From contig BDGG01000006.1 in NCBI GenBank assembly GCA_001949185.1, forward strand, positions 788,827-852,826: a DNA stretch of 64,000 nt, written 5' to 3'. The DNA comes from Ramazzottius varieornatus (Eukaryota > Animalia > Tardigrada). The translations under genes and the position numbers were made by a program. Shown in pieces: positions 51,022 to 63,280 of this stretch. Every line of letters starts with the position of its first letter. The stretch's first letter is position 1. A model generated the notes under the pieces. That model made no database searches, had not been told where the DNA came from, and saw only the letters and a list, made by a program, of their open reading frames with translations.

Positions 51022-51306
51022 ATGGAGGACATCTTTTCTCTGCTCAACAAGATTCCTGCAGGAGAAAGGCATCTGGGAAACTGGATAGCACACAGATATA
51101 CGTTCGGTGACATCAAGTACATAACGGTCCCAACTGCGGATGGCGGAAATGCTTTGGTCATCGTGCAGGCAGTTGTTGTTCGGCCAAGTGGAGGGCCAAT
51201 ATGGATCGCTAACGCCTCGTACAATGGACGGGAATCAAGAGTGGTCAGCGCAAGGGACGAAGGTGACGCTGTTATGACTGCCATGCGAAACATTGGAGCA
51301 GTTTGA
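51022..51306 (+). CDS. Possible small intronless orphan protein (94 aa)
   Basis: gccaaaATGG context and globular-looking composition; no recognised family. Confidence 0.35.
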   Translation: MEDIFSLLNKIPAGERHLGNWIAHRYTFGDIKYITVPTADGGNALVIVQAVVVRPSGGPIWIANASYNGRESRVVSARDEGDAVMTAMRNIGAV

Positions 51307-51410
51307 AAAAGCTAGGAGACTTACGACTTCATTCATTTATATTTGGTTCTTTGGACTTTCAAGGATATCGTTTTGCACATACGGTGTAAATTCAGCAGTG
51401 TAGGCATAAT

Positions 51411-51697
51411 AGGAGTTCTCACGCTTGACTTTCTAACACCGCTTATTGAGAAAGCTGACGTCACGAGGTAAGACAGCTGATCGTGCGCGAATGAAGTTGG
51501 GCGCTTGCGTGTCAATTTTTTTGAATACTTTTCGGATGGAAAGGATAAACGAACCAAACTTTCGAGATAAGCAGCCTCGGAGCTGCTTATCTTCAAAGTT
51601 TGGCCGTCGCAGAGCGTGCTTGCACGATGGACGGTTTCACGCTGTGACGTCAGCTTTCTCAATAAACGGTGTTAGAAAGCCAAGCGTGATGACCCCT
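51411..51697. mobile_element. MITE with ~55-bp TIRs
   Basis: aggagttctcacgcttgactttctaacaccgcttattgagaaagctgacgtcac and its reverse complement; possible 3-bp TSD aat. Confidence 0.8.
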
Positions 51698-52227
51698 AAT
51701 ATTAACTGACCGATACATCGTCCAAATGAGTTCATCAGATTATCCATTTGCTCTTGTTAGAGACCCTGAATAACTTGAGTTTCTGAAGATGAAATTACAA
51801 TAACATTCTCCGCAAACATTAGACCCACCATATGGGCGCGGGAACGCACCGACATTTTGTACTCACCGGGGATATGAGCATTCAATACTTATGATAGGTC
51901 AGTTACACCTGGCTAGTTGATGTGAAGGCCGGTCAGTATTTTAGCCATGCGAGCTTTTTGATCGGCGTTGCGGTCGAATGATTGGGTATTTCAGTCTCTG
52001 TACGCGTTGGCTAATTCGAAATCTCACGCGTCATTTTCGCCGATGAGTCGATGACGCATTTCCACCGATGCCTCTCAGGGGAAAAAGGAACAACAATGTA
52101 GCCAAGCAATATTTGAGGCTTTAATCGATGTAAGACAAAACAGGATGACATTCTATGACGCGAGATAGCTGTAGTATTTTGTCCCGCGTGCAGAGCTCGA
52201 GCGCGCTTGTTGATGCGATGCTTGAAT

Positions 52228-52485
52228 ATGTTTAAGTTTAAGTGGTCCAGAACGACGGTAATAGTTGTGTGTTTGATGATTGCGCTACTGCTGACAGGAA
52301 CGGATGGATATGGTCGGTACGCGGGACCTCACGGTCTTCTTTCTGGAAAGAGCGTAACACGGGTGCCTGAACAGCTGGAAGCGCGACATCCGGGCCGTGG
52401 ATATGGCGGTAGTCATTCCAAGGGCCGCCTGCGAGATGGCTTTTTATTCGACGAAGCTTTAGTAGCATCCAAAGACTCTCTGTAA
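52228..52485 (+). CDS. Small secreted peptide precursor (85 aa)
   Basis: Signal-like MFKFKWSRTTVIVVCLMIALLLTGTDG; Gly-rich peptides ending GK/GR; acidic tail; AATAAA at ~52512. Confidence 0.55.
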   Translation: MFKFKWSRTTVIVVCLMIALLLTGTDGYGRYAGPHGLLSGKSVTRVPEQLEARHPGRGYGGSHSKGRLRDGFLFDEALVASKDSL

Positions 52486-52934
52486 TTTCATATGTTCCTG
52501 GAAGTGAGCCGAATAAAGCCTTGACCAAAGCTCGTCATACCGGAAACCGCAGTGATCGAATCGGGTTAACAAACAGTAGCACATTATATTCTACTGTAGG
52601 TACACGCACGATGGGAGATTATGGGACAGGCGGAAAGGACGGCAAAATGGAAATTCGACCATAGAAAAGGGTATTTTAATTAGTGTAAATCAGGCGCGTA
52701 CGTACGTCCTTCCGTACCGTCGTGGCGAGAAGGCCTGTCCCAAAATTTTTACTGTCCGTTTATTTCCCATCGTGCTTGTACAGACTGAAACCGCCATCAC
52801 AGATTTTCTATGCGACAACAATAGAACAGTATTGTGGTGTACCAGATCACAGCCAGTTTGGAAAACATTGTTCTTCACGTGTGTGCGCATATAAAGCAAA
52901 CGCTGACACGTTTTGCCAACGATCCAGCCTTACT

Positions 52935-53924
52935 CTATTCCGGTGGAATGTCCAGGCCGGCCAGATGCGACGGAGCGCCCTTCAGCAACCAGCGAAAAAC
53001 CACCCCCAAAGTTGAATCCAATGTCCGTGCGCCCTTAAGGTCAAGGTTGTAATGCCAATAGGAATGGAAGGCCGGCAGTGTCTCCCAATTCTCTGCCTCG
53101 ACCACTCCACTTGGGTGATCGCATACGCCATTGACGACCAAAGCCGTCTCTTTATTCTTCTGAAGCACATTCCACGGCTCCTGACCACTGTTACACAACC
53201 AACAGTTTGGATTGTACCTCTTGCGATAAGATTCCTCCAGCACCAATTGCGGATAACGTGCGTGAGGCTGTTGACAGCCCAGAAAGCCTGCGTTGAGCCG
53301 GTCCACTTCGTGACAAACGATACAAGGGTGTTGTTGCATTAGCCATCGCAGTAACGTCCCGTTAATGACGTAAACATCAAAGTCCAGGACCAGTCCTCCG
53401 TACTCCTCCACAGACTGCAATTTGCGAATGTCCGCTTCGTGTTGTATGGTGCCGATGGCTTTATTGTTCATCTTCTTCTGAAGTCCGACTTTAATAACTT
53501 CCACCAGCGGCCAACGAATCGTCATATTCAGCAGAGAATCGCACTGCACCAACGGATTCAATGAGGCATTGTTGGTGTGAATCAGTATCCGATCTGGTTC
53601 CAAGTTTAGCGCTGCGGAGTAAGCGCCCAAACAGCCCAGGAAGTTTAGAGGCCGTGGCTTGGCTGGGTTGTCGTATAAATGAACGTAGTTGACTGTCAGG
53701 TTGGCTTTTTCAGATGCTGGCATCCGCACTTTTAATTCTTCCAGACGGTGCTGTGTATCATCATCTGCAATCTCCGGCCCAAATATAACCCGTATAGGTT
53801 CCCATTTCCATTGGTTAGGCGACTGCAACTCACAAGAGTGAAACCTCGTGCCCAAGTAAAAGATAACTAGAGCCGCTACTGATATCGACAGGACAAGCGT
53901 TTTCTTACCCACAGGTGATACCAT
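52935..53924 (-). CDS. Intronless GT32-family (DxD) glycosyltransferase, alpha-1,4-GlcNAc/Gal transferase-like
   Basis: 329 aa; type II anchor; HEADIRKLQSVEEYGGLVLDFD matches H.SD..RL..L..YGGIYLD.D. Confidence 0.88.
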   Translation of the reverse strand: MVSPVGKKTLVLSISVAALVIFYLGTRFHSCELQSPNQWKWEPIRVIFGPEIADDDTQHRLEELKVRMPASEKANLTVNYVHLYDNPAKPRPLNFLGCLGAYSAALNLEPDRILIHTNNASLNPLVQCDSLLNMTIRWPLVEVIKVGLQKKMNNKAIGTIQHEADIRKLQSVEEYGGLVLDFDVYVINGTLLRWLMQQHPCIVCHEVDRLNAGFLGCQQPHARYPQLVLEESYRKRYNPNCWLCNSGQEPWNVLQKNKETALVVNGVCDHPSGVVEAENWETLPAFHSYWHYNLDLKGARTLDSTLGVVFRWLLKGAPSHLAGLDIPPE

Positions 53925-54317
53925 GGTCGAGTTGAGTCTACGTGGTCGTATCGATACCCAAAAAAGGATATAATATAATTATAACCTCGTACACATACGG
54001 GAAAACTTTTTAGGGCGTTCTCAGTGGGGAAGTGGCAGTGGTTTACGAGTCTGCACGCGGAATCACTACGCAGTTTTGAGGTATGGAGAAGGGAGTGGTG
54101 AACTCAAGGGATTATCAGTGCAAGATTAAAAGGTTAGTCATTCAAATGCTAACGGCTGCGCGTAGTATGTGTAGATTCCAGTTGTTGCTGTCTGTTACCG
54201 CTGTTCCGTATCTAAAGATTAGGATATCTGTTCCGGACCTATAGTTGGTCATATGGAAGCGGTGGACACTATGAGTCTGCGGCTGGTGAATTTGATGGAG
54301 CAAGTCTACTCTCACAT

Positions 54318-54853
54318 GGGTTTTGTCAAATAAAAAACGGATTTTTCAAAGTTTTCCAAATTGTTCAGGAGACGCATTTTTAGATTTTGCGTTCAGGTGT
54401 CCAACTGAAGGTACTGGTGTAGGTTTGTAGGCAACGTAATGGCCTATCGAAACTACGTGACAGAAGTCCTGTCCGACAATTAGTGAAAACATTATGGAAG
54501 GAAGAAAATTGGGGTCCAGTATTCCACTCCTTCATAGACTTCACGCATGACGTCATCCATCGCGTAAAGCACCTCCAAAGAGACGGACAGGAACAGCTGT
54601 CTGCACTGGGTTGAACTTGACGCCTATAATGACGTCATGTGTGAATTCTGTGATGCCGTGCAAGGTAGGTAGAACTGACCACTGTAAAATATCACAGGTG
54701 GAAATTCTTTGAAAAATTGTTTCTTCAAATCTAATCATGTCATTCCGCACAGTTGGTACCACTGAAAAGCCCGAATTTTTCTTCACAACCCTACGTTAAA
54801 AAAGCAACATTCGGAAGTATTGCGAAAAATCCGTTTTGTATTTGACAAAACCC
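54318..54853. mobile_element. Non-autonomous TIR element, superfamily unassigned
   Basis: TIR gggttttgtcaaata..aaacggatttttc; 4-bp duplication acat on both sides. Confidence 0.7.
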
Positions 54854-55135
54854 ACATATGACATATCAGAGAAATTCAAGTCTATGTGACGCTTGTTTTT
54901 GCTACCTGACACTTCCGAGGTATATTCCAAATTGATCAGGAAACGAGTTTTTCTGGAGGGGTGTTAGTCGAACTCTCCAAACTGCTTATGCAGTTATCTG
55001 GAGCATGCCCTAAAGTATCAAATGCTGGAGACATGCGAGAAACGAATGGATGGGGAAATTGTTGCGGAAATGTCCATGTAGGGAAGAAAACTGAAAGAGA
55101 GTTCTTTGCACCAATTTTCCATGCATGGTTTGCAG

Positions 55136-57976
55136 TAGAGTAGGGAATTGGATCGCGCGGCGGGTCCACGCGGAAGCGGGCGATGGTTACCGCCCGCTTC
55201 CGCCCTGGAATCTGCTGAAATTGTTACCGCTTGGACTCGCTTAGTATTTGATGTGACTGTTTTCCGCCCGCCCCGCGTCGATGATAATTACGATAAATGT
55301 TTAAAAGTAAATCTTGTTGCGTCACATTGCGAACAATCTATATGATAGGCAACCACAGGAAACTGTTGTCGTATGTACAGTTGGGTTTGTTTGTACTGTA
55401 AGATCCATGAGTTGAATGTTATAAACGCAAGTTCGGCAATGTATTCCTTAAATTCGCGAATTCATGTTTTCATTCTTGATTTCTGTTTGGTCTTTATTAT
55501 TGCACATGATCTTGACTGCCACAGATTTATTGTACTTTCAGGTCAGACGATGAGATGGAAGATATTGCCGAAGAGGAGGAGATCGAGCTCACAAGTGCCG
55601 GAATTCCGCAGAAGAGAAAGAAACACAGTGTGTCAGGAAAAACCAAAGCCGTAAAGCGTGCAATCCGCAGCACTGAGCTGACCAGAGAGAAGGTAGTGAA
55701 AGGCATCAGAGATGGTGTTTACGACAGAAAAGCGAATGAAGGTGGAAGAAGTGAGATCTGGCGAGCGTTTTCCAAAGTTGTGACAAGCGACACTAAAAAA
55801 GAACTCGACTTCGTGTCCTGCAATAAATGTCATCATGTCTACTCTCATAAAGTAAACTCTGGAACGACGGCGTTGGCAAACCATGTGGTGAGTTGCAAAG
55901 GGAAAAGCGGCGGTCCAATGGATCGCTATGTCAGAAACGTCGATGGGATATCCAAGGAAAACCAGAAGATCGTTTCGGATGCTCTCGCTCAGTAAGTCCG
56001 AATTCAGAGTTAAATAACCATCGTAATCAGGCGTAATACGTGTTATATACAGGTATTGTGCGATGGACTCAAGAGTTTTTCGGGAATGTGAAGGAGAAGG
56101 ATTTCAGAAAGTAATCGATGCTGTTATCTACGTAGCAAAGAGACACAAAGGTGTTCTGGAAGCGAAGGATCTCATGCCCACGGCCAAGACTGTTAGCAGT
56201 CACGTCACAAGTCAAGCCCGCGCACTGCGGGAAAAAGACGGGCCCCGAGTAAAAGATATCCTTCTGAACCGAGGTGGCTGCATCACATTGGATGGGTGGA
56301 CCGAAGATTACACCAAGACGAAGTAAATCGGGTTTACCCTGCATTACACTGAAGATTATGCTCTCAAAGAGCAGCTTCTATCAACAGCCGAATACGACTG
56401 TTCTAAAAGTCAGGAAGGTGAGAAATAATGTCAAACGAGATATTTCTTATAACCAAATACGCAATAACTTTATACTACTTTATTATTTCAGCTGAAGAAA
56501 TACGAGATTTTGTGGTCAAGAAACTTTCTGAATTCAGTTTATCCGAGGAGGATTGCAAGAACGTGACATTCGTCGGTGATGCGGCGCCGAACATGATTAA
56601 ATCATTCAACCTCAAGAATCGAGCACCTATGAAGCGCATTAGCTGTGCTTGCCACATGCTGAACACTTGTCTTGCGAATGCAGTGAACCGTAGACCCAAC
56701 TCCCAATTCAAACTCAGTGACGATGGACTACCAGTGCTGAAGTTGTTTCAGCAATGCAAAGAGCTGGTGACCTACTGTAAGCAAGCTTACCTGTTTCGAG
56801 AGTTGTCAGCAGCTCCCAAGCAATCTGTCGATACTCGATGGAATTCCAACTTGGACATGCTAGACTCAATCATTCGAATTTATGAAGAATTAGGAGACCT
56901 TCTTCAAGCACGGGACGAAGAAGATAAGCTACCGGGACCGCTAGGTTTTCTGCAGGCTGTTGCAGATCTTTTGCGGCCTTTTAAGACTGCCACCGAAGCC
57001 CTAAGCGCAGCCACGAGTCCAACCTTACAGTTAGTCGTAGAACACTTTCTCGAAATACGAAGTCATGTGAAGAACCCCCTTGCGCCGGAGTATCATGATC
57101 TGCCTTAGTACAGAGCACTTCAAGCTTATCAGGTACAGTAAGTTTTCTGAATTCAGATAGATAGTTGCTCAATTATTGATTCAAGTTTCCAATCCACAGG
57201 TTCAACTTCAAAAATGTGCTGAAGCCAAGCTTACTGCCGACGAGTACCACAAAGTAGCAGTCTTTTTGGATCCAGCCATGAAAGACCTGTTGATGTTCGA
57301 AGGTAAAGACAAAGAAGCTGTTCTAAACAGTGTTCGTCGGTTAAGCGGTGATACCACTTTGAGTAGTTCCCGGAATCCAAACAAAGATGAGTCCATTGCT
57401 ACCGCGTCTGAATTCAGCAAATTTCGTCGATATGCCAGCGTGAAGGAGACCAACAACTACACCGATGAAATCGCGCTTTACTTGAGCCTACCGCCGCCGC
57501 CCAGTACAAAGACAACCCGTCAGTTTTGGAAGGAACATGCAAGTGATCTACGGAAGCTTCACGCGCTAGCCCTCAATATCTTTGACATACAGGCATCAAG
57601 TACGTCGTCCGAAAGATTGTTCAGTGATACGGGTAATATTTTTACTGATAAACGTACTATGCTTGGAAGTGAAAAGCTTGATGACTTGTTGTACTTGAAA
57701 TGGAATTTAGAGTTTGCTGTATCAGAGCCAATAGTCTCTACCGTCAAGGCTAAGACTTGATAACTATGTTTCTTCCATAGTAGTTGCTTCTGAATTCAGA
57801 CTCGTTTACATTGCCTGAAGTACCGCTCACTTCCGCTTTCGCGTCGGCATTAAAGGTTTACCGCCCGCTTTCGCCTTGAGATTACCAAAAATTATTCCGC
57901 ACAGTCCAGCGTGGACAAGAATATTTTGTGAAATTCTGGTTTCCGCCAAGGAAAAGTTGAGCGGTTCCCTACTCTA
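55136..57976 (+). mobile_element. Full-length hAT transposon
   Basis: TIR tagagtagggaa / ttccctactcta; perfect 8-bp TSD gtttgcag. Confidence 0.95.
55555..57760 (+). pseudogene. Spliced hAT transposase (zf-BED, DDE, dimerisation domain) with two premature stops
   Basis: CNKC..GTTALANH, LDGWT, GDAAPNM, CACHMLN, TRWNS, SERLFS; TAA at 56324-56326 (TK*IGFTLHY) and TAG at 57106-57108. Confidence 0.88.
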
Positions 57977-59577
57977 GTTTGCAGTGCGGGCCGAATCAGC
58001 TGTTTCCTGGACGCAGCTACCTGTCCTTTAGGGCTCACCGAGAACGTTGCTGACATACTATTCTACACGAAGGTGCGCGCATCCAGTTTTTCTTCCATAC
58101 ATGGAGCGGTGATGAGCCACTTTTCGGACCATGGTCAAAGGTTCATTACTGTGTCACTTGCTGTCGACTTTGAATTTGGATGTGTCTTCAAGAGCTTTAA
58201 ATGCCCATGTTCTTAGAGGGGCGAAAACTCGCCCTGTCCGGGAAGTGCCAAATAGCAAAAACCAGCGTCATGTCCATGATGCCGCAAGCCCTTTTTACAT
58301 TAGAATGACCTAATTTTGCCTGTTAACTGCCTGTTAACTTTCGCGAAATTTCGTTTTGAAGATTCTAGACTTCCGATTTCCTCCGACATCTTGTTTATCT
58401 CGTCCATTGTTGTTGCGTAAGCCATCGCTTGTTGGTCATTCGGGACACAAAGTGCCTTTGGAAGGGAGTTCGGGAGTCAGACGACGGACGGAGAAGCACG
58501 GAGTCGTTGGAAGACAAGCTTTCGCAGCTGATGCAATCACCGCAAGTTGCTCGGACATCCCGATAATCACTGCAGCTATTTCCAAGGTATCGTATGCTTC
58601 TTGATATTGTTTTCCGTACTAGAAAAGACCGTGAAGCCTCGCTGTGTTTGGCTTCTGATATCTGGAACTTCTCGCGTAGGTCTTAGGCAGCAGTCGGGAC
58701 TTGGAAACGTGCTCTTCAACGATATCGCTCCCGAATCATGCATCACTTAATCAGGTAACGATAACGTTATGCGAGTTGCATCACTTGATTTTGTACAGTT
58801 TAGGACAGGCTGAACAGCCAGAATCTATACGGATTCCTTACCACCTGGTCTTATGGTTTCCGGGCTCATCAGAGCAGATCTTTTCCTCTTATTTCGAAGT
58901 TGCTGGACCATCTCAAGTCAAGTCTGCATATCACCTGAATATCTTTGTCGTATCTTTCGTATCTTACGCTGCTTTCCTGGGTGATATCGCTTCTCCGTTG
59001 GATTTCCTGCAGCGAGCTGTTACATGCCTCGAGTGTAGTCCTGAATTTCTTGAATTTCTGCCTCCTTTCTTCTTTGTCGTTGTCTGCAGATTTGAGGAGG
59101 AGTAGAGTAGTAAACAATAAAAATCATCACTTTGGGTTTCATCAGGTTCGTGTCCCGGTAAAAACCATGAAAAATTCAGAAGTTTTTTCATGTCCCATAA
59201 ACTTATATTTCCCAGCGGTAAACCAGTAATGTCATTTTCACGCCACTTTTTGGGTTTCCTGTGGGTTTGTATCTGGACCATGGCTGAAACCTCAGCGATT
59301 CCAGGAGGTTTCAGCGACGGATTTGAAGGCCGTGGCAACAGGGTGTGTACAGTCTGTTCCAGCCAAGTTGTCCCTGCTTAATCAACAATTCACTTCTTCT
59401 GACCAAATGATGTTTCCACCTCTGTCAAACGTTTGTATCGTTACTTCGGCTCTCTGGAACCGTGTGACAACCAGAAATAGCGAAAAGCTATTGTGAGTCA
59501 GAAGACAGGTGGAAAAGTCCCACATCTGTTTTCTGCCCAATGCAAAAACATGCGCGCTAGTTGATCGGAGTGGTACT

Positions 59578-61794
59578 TCAGTTTTCATATTTCGAATGTA
59601 TTTCTTGCATACTGCGTATACAAAAGTTCGCTTGTTTCGCCAGAGTGAGAACTGGGAATTTTATTTTACGGCAAGAAGCAGAGTGACTGGATGTGTCAGA
59701 ACGACCTAGTTTCAAAACAAGTTTCCAAAGTGGTCTTCTTGCGGAACTTGCGCCCTCCTCTTCCCCATCGTAATATACAATACACAGTCCGGTTCTTTTC
59801 ATTTTTCCTGCCGCCTTTAGAAACTTGAGGTCCTTTTCGTTCTTGAGGCTTCCCACAAGAATCCACCCCGCTGGCTTGAAACCCGGTACAACAGCCACAT
59901 GAAGCCGCAATGTTGCCGTCTCTTCGTCATAAGAGAACGCCATATCGCCTTCCATAACGTATCTGGCCGTGGACTTCTCCAGCTTCAATTGTGCAACGAG
60001 CACCTCTGCTTCTGCGCAAGGGACGTGGCAAGGGTGTTGGTCGAAGTTCTGACCATCGACCGACAGCAAGAAAGGGTACTTCAAGTTGCGCAATTGGCGA
60101 AACTTCATGAAAATGCCAGCTGATGCTTCGGGATGGATTCGGGCGTTGGCTTGGTAGACACTAAGTGTATCACTAAAGCCAGACACGTCGCAAATCACTA
60201 TCGGCAACGTCACATCTTTACCATCCCATGCCCGATATGGCACTCGAGCCTGATCGTCGAAAGGATACGTGTCGCTCTTAGTGGATCCAAAGACTTGCTG
60301 GAAGACCAGCTTTGTCTCGATTGGCGTGATAATCTCCGCCTGAAATCAAACAAACAGCTCATCACAGAGACCCTTCGATTACTTATAATTATCGTAAACC
60401 AGCTAGAACCCGCAGATAATCCGATGTGCAGGTTCAAGTCGGTTACTTATACTTCAGCAGGACCGTCGGAAATTTCTGCGGGTGTCATTTTCGAGTAACG
60501 GATGAGGAACCGTGCCGCGTTGAGCTTCTCACGAAGCTGTTCTGGTGTAGCATTTCCACCGCAGTGGAACTTGGCCCATCTGAACATCAAAGGGATTAAC
60601 TCATTCCGACAAGTCAATTTAGTCAAAGGGACTACACAATAACGTGGGACGTTGGCAAACGGGCTAAACGCGAACGTCATCTCAAGCGGCGCACGTTTTC
60701 ATTGTTACTGACTGGAAATATGCGCCACTAGGGGAAAAACGATGATTTTCGAGTCGTTTGCAGACGTCCCATAATTACGTTATGTCTTGTTTCGCTATCT
60801 TCTCGCTTTTTGAAAACAGAAAATTGTCTTTCCACTAGAGATTTTTACACATTTTGCACATGCAGCTCACCTCAGCGACAGCTCGTACAGCTCTCTCTCC
60901 GACCAAAGGGTATCCTCCTTCGACAAAATCTGACATAGTCCCTCGTTAGTCAGCATTTCCACGTCCAACTGGCCAAGCGGACAGCATCCGTTGTTGTAGC
61001 TGTAGCAGGCCTCGGCCAGACCATGGTCGCTCAACATCAGCGCCTGTCAAGGTGAAAATAATGGAATAGTTAAATGTGGTGCGGTGACTGTTAGATGGTA
61101 CCCACTCCGATAAGGATGCTTGTGCACATCGATTTTTTGTACAGGCTGTGTGTTTTGTTCTGTTCCAAGAGCCAGGAACGACATGCGAAGTACAGCTCGG
61201 GTATGTCGTATTTCCTCGCGCACTCCATCGTTCGGAAAACGAGCCAGACATTGTCACCATAGTCGCCCACGTGAATTCGGTCGGTGTAAGGAATCTACAT
61301 GCACGAAGCGAAAATAAGAGTTACTGACCATGTGCTCATCCCGGTTCCGCGATGAACCTATTCCCTGATTTCTGAACGCTATTCTGATATGACTGCAGTC
61401 CATACCGTAGCATTTGGCGAAAAGCGGATGGATGGAGATCAGTGATTTCGATGGTTTCTTTCTTGTCGGCTACGAGTCCGTAAAACATGGCGTACATCAC
61501 CTCACTTCCCGCGGCCAAGATCAACCTGTAAAGTAATTGTCAGCTCAGTCATTTCGCTGAACTGAATTCCGTGACCAGGAAACAGAGTAAAAAAACGCCT
61601 AGACCGACACGACAATCGGATTACTTGGCACTTGGTACTAACTTGTGTGCTCCAATAGTCTCTACTTCACCTCCAGGACGTCCGACCTTGAACTGAACAT
61701 CGGCTGGAAATTCGCCGATCGATTCCAACACATGTCCAAGTCGATTGCGCACCTTTCGCATCGTCGCCTGCCAGGCTCGCTCAGTGGGCTCCAT
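59578..61794 (-). CDS. BTB-BACK domain protein (BTBD3/6-like N-terminus). Exons ~61794-61643, 61525-61406, 61294-61105, 61043-60871, 60579-60453, 60339-(59578); one 1-nt frameshift near 61287
   Basis: WQAT..VRNRL..ADVQFKVG..AHKLILAAGSEVMYAMFYG..PSAFRQMLRF(L)YTD..ARKYDIPEL; BACK domain ERELYE..RWAK..LIRYSKMT. 3' end uncertain. Confidence 0.8.
60680..60770. repeat. Palindromic family copy in a BTB gene intron
   Basis: tcaagcggcgcac-N25-atgcgccactag. Confidence 0.75.
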
Positions 61795-62623
61795 CCTTAG
61801 CTGCTAGAATTCCTTGGCCGTCACGTCGTCTCGTGCTCGCTGAACAGCGTGATCGGGAGCACACAGAACCGGGTGGATGTGCGAGAATCCAGAACTATCT
61901 GAGGAAGACTGCAGTCTGCAGAATTTGCCGAAAGGCCCAAAACTTGAAAAAACTTACGTACGTGTCACGGTACGTCGGTCCGTGTACCGAAATTGGACAT
62001 TGGCCACATTGCGGTTTCCCATGGGCAATCAAAGTTTAACATCTATCATACTGATTGCTCCGGTTGATTGAGATGATTTTTGATTTAGGGTCAGTTTGGT
62101 AAGGATTGTTGACTTCGGTTGATTCTTGATTGAATTCTTGAAAATACCGTAGTTTCACCAGGGTGGGTTTTACTTTTACGGTTTACCGCGTAACTGTTCA
62201 GCTGTTCTGTTTCCGCCACTTTTGCTTGCTCATGCCTGTGGCCCTGTATACCTGACGACCTCTTTCTTTCGGTAAAACATTGCTGAGATTTATCTGAGAG
62301 TTGTCAAGGACAGCGAGGCCCAACATGGAGAAAGTTGATCGTGGATGGCAAGCGACCACCAAGAAGATACGAGATCGGATGAGACGTATGTACGAATCCA
62401 TGGCTGCTTTTCCACCCGACATTGTCTTCAGAGTAGGACGCAGAGGAGAGAAAGTGGAGGATATCGGCGCTCACAAGTAAGGTCCGAATCTGTCTGTATG
62501 TGGCTGCGCAGTGACGTTTTCGTAGCGCGGGAAGCTTTGGCTCGATTGGCATATTACAGCGACGACTGGCTTAACACTCGGCCATGGAGGCGCATGACGT
62601 CATGAGCCACCCCATGTTAGGCC

Positions 62624-63074
62624 CAGAGCATACAACCGTTCCCAATTTTGGAAACCAAACGGACTAATTCCAAAACTTTCAAAGCGGAACCGAGCGGCAA
62701 AATTCTCGTATGAGCACGAGTGAAATTGCGGAAAAAAACTGACGGTAAAAACTGAACGGAAAAAACCCTGCGAAAAGTATTTTGTACTAGCAGAGCTCAC
62801 ATCAATAGTGGTCATTTTTATCGTCAGATCGCAGTGTCTTGATGCTCTGGCTCGATTTGAGGCTGAGCTTGTCATTTGCTTTTAAGGTTAATAAAGTTGT
62901 ATGTTATCCATAGTAACAAAGTCAGCCATTTTTGAGCGGAACAGACGGAGCACTTGTAGGCCGAAAACCAAACGGACAGAAGCGGAAAAAATTTGCCTTT
63001 TCGAAAACGGAAGCGGACCAAAACTTCCGTCAGTTCCGGTTCGGTTCCGCCTAGCGGACCATTTTTATGCTCTT
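62624..63074. mobile_element. hAT-type MITE in intron 1 of the BTB paralogue
   Basis: cagagcata / tatgctctt ends; 8-bp TSD gttaggcc; CGGAA subterminal repeats. Confidence 0.75.
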
Positions 63075-63280
63075 GTTAGGCCATTTGGCTCTTGACATCA
63101 TTCGCTACTTAGACGGGCTGTCACTGTTACTTGCTGCATGTCCAAATGTTCAGTGTTGTGCAGCCGGTTAACTGCTCTTTCGTTAGGCTTATCCTTGCTG
63201 CAGGAGGCGAGGTGATGTACGCCATGTTCTACGGACTGATGGCAGAAAAGAAAGCAAAACGAGTCATCAAGATCCCGGAT

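Noticed and set aside
52935-53924. Intronless GT32 gene as horizontal transfer
   Set aside because: It has an animal-type type II anchor, and animal GT32 genes are often intron-poor; a phylogeny would be needed.
58450-59340. Minus-strand ORF fragments as a gene
   Set aside because: Stops and frameshifts with no motif; could be a relic but is unsupported.
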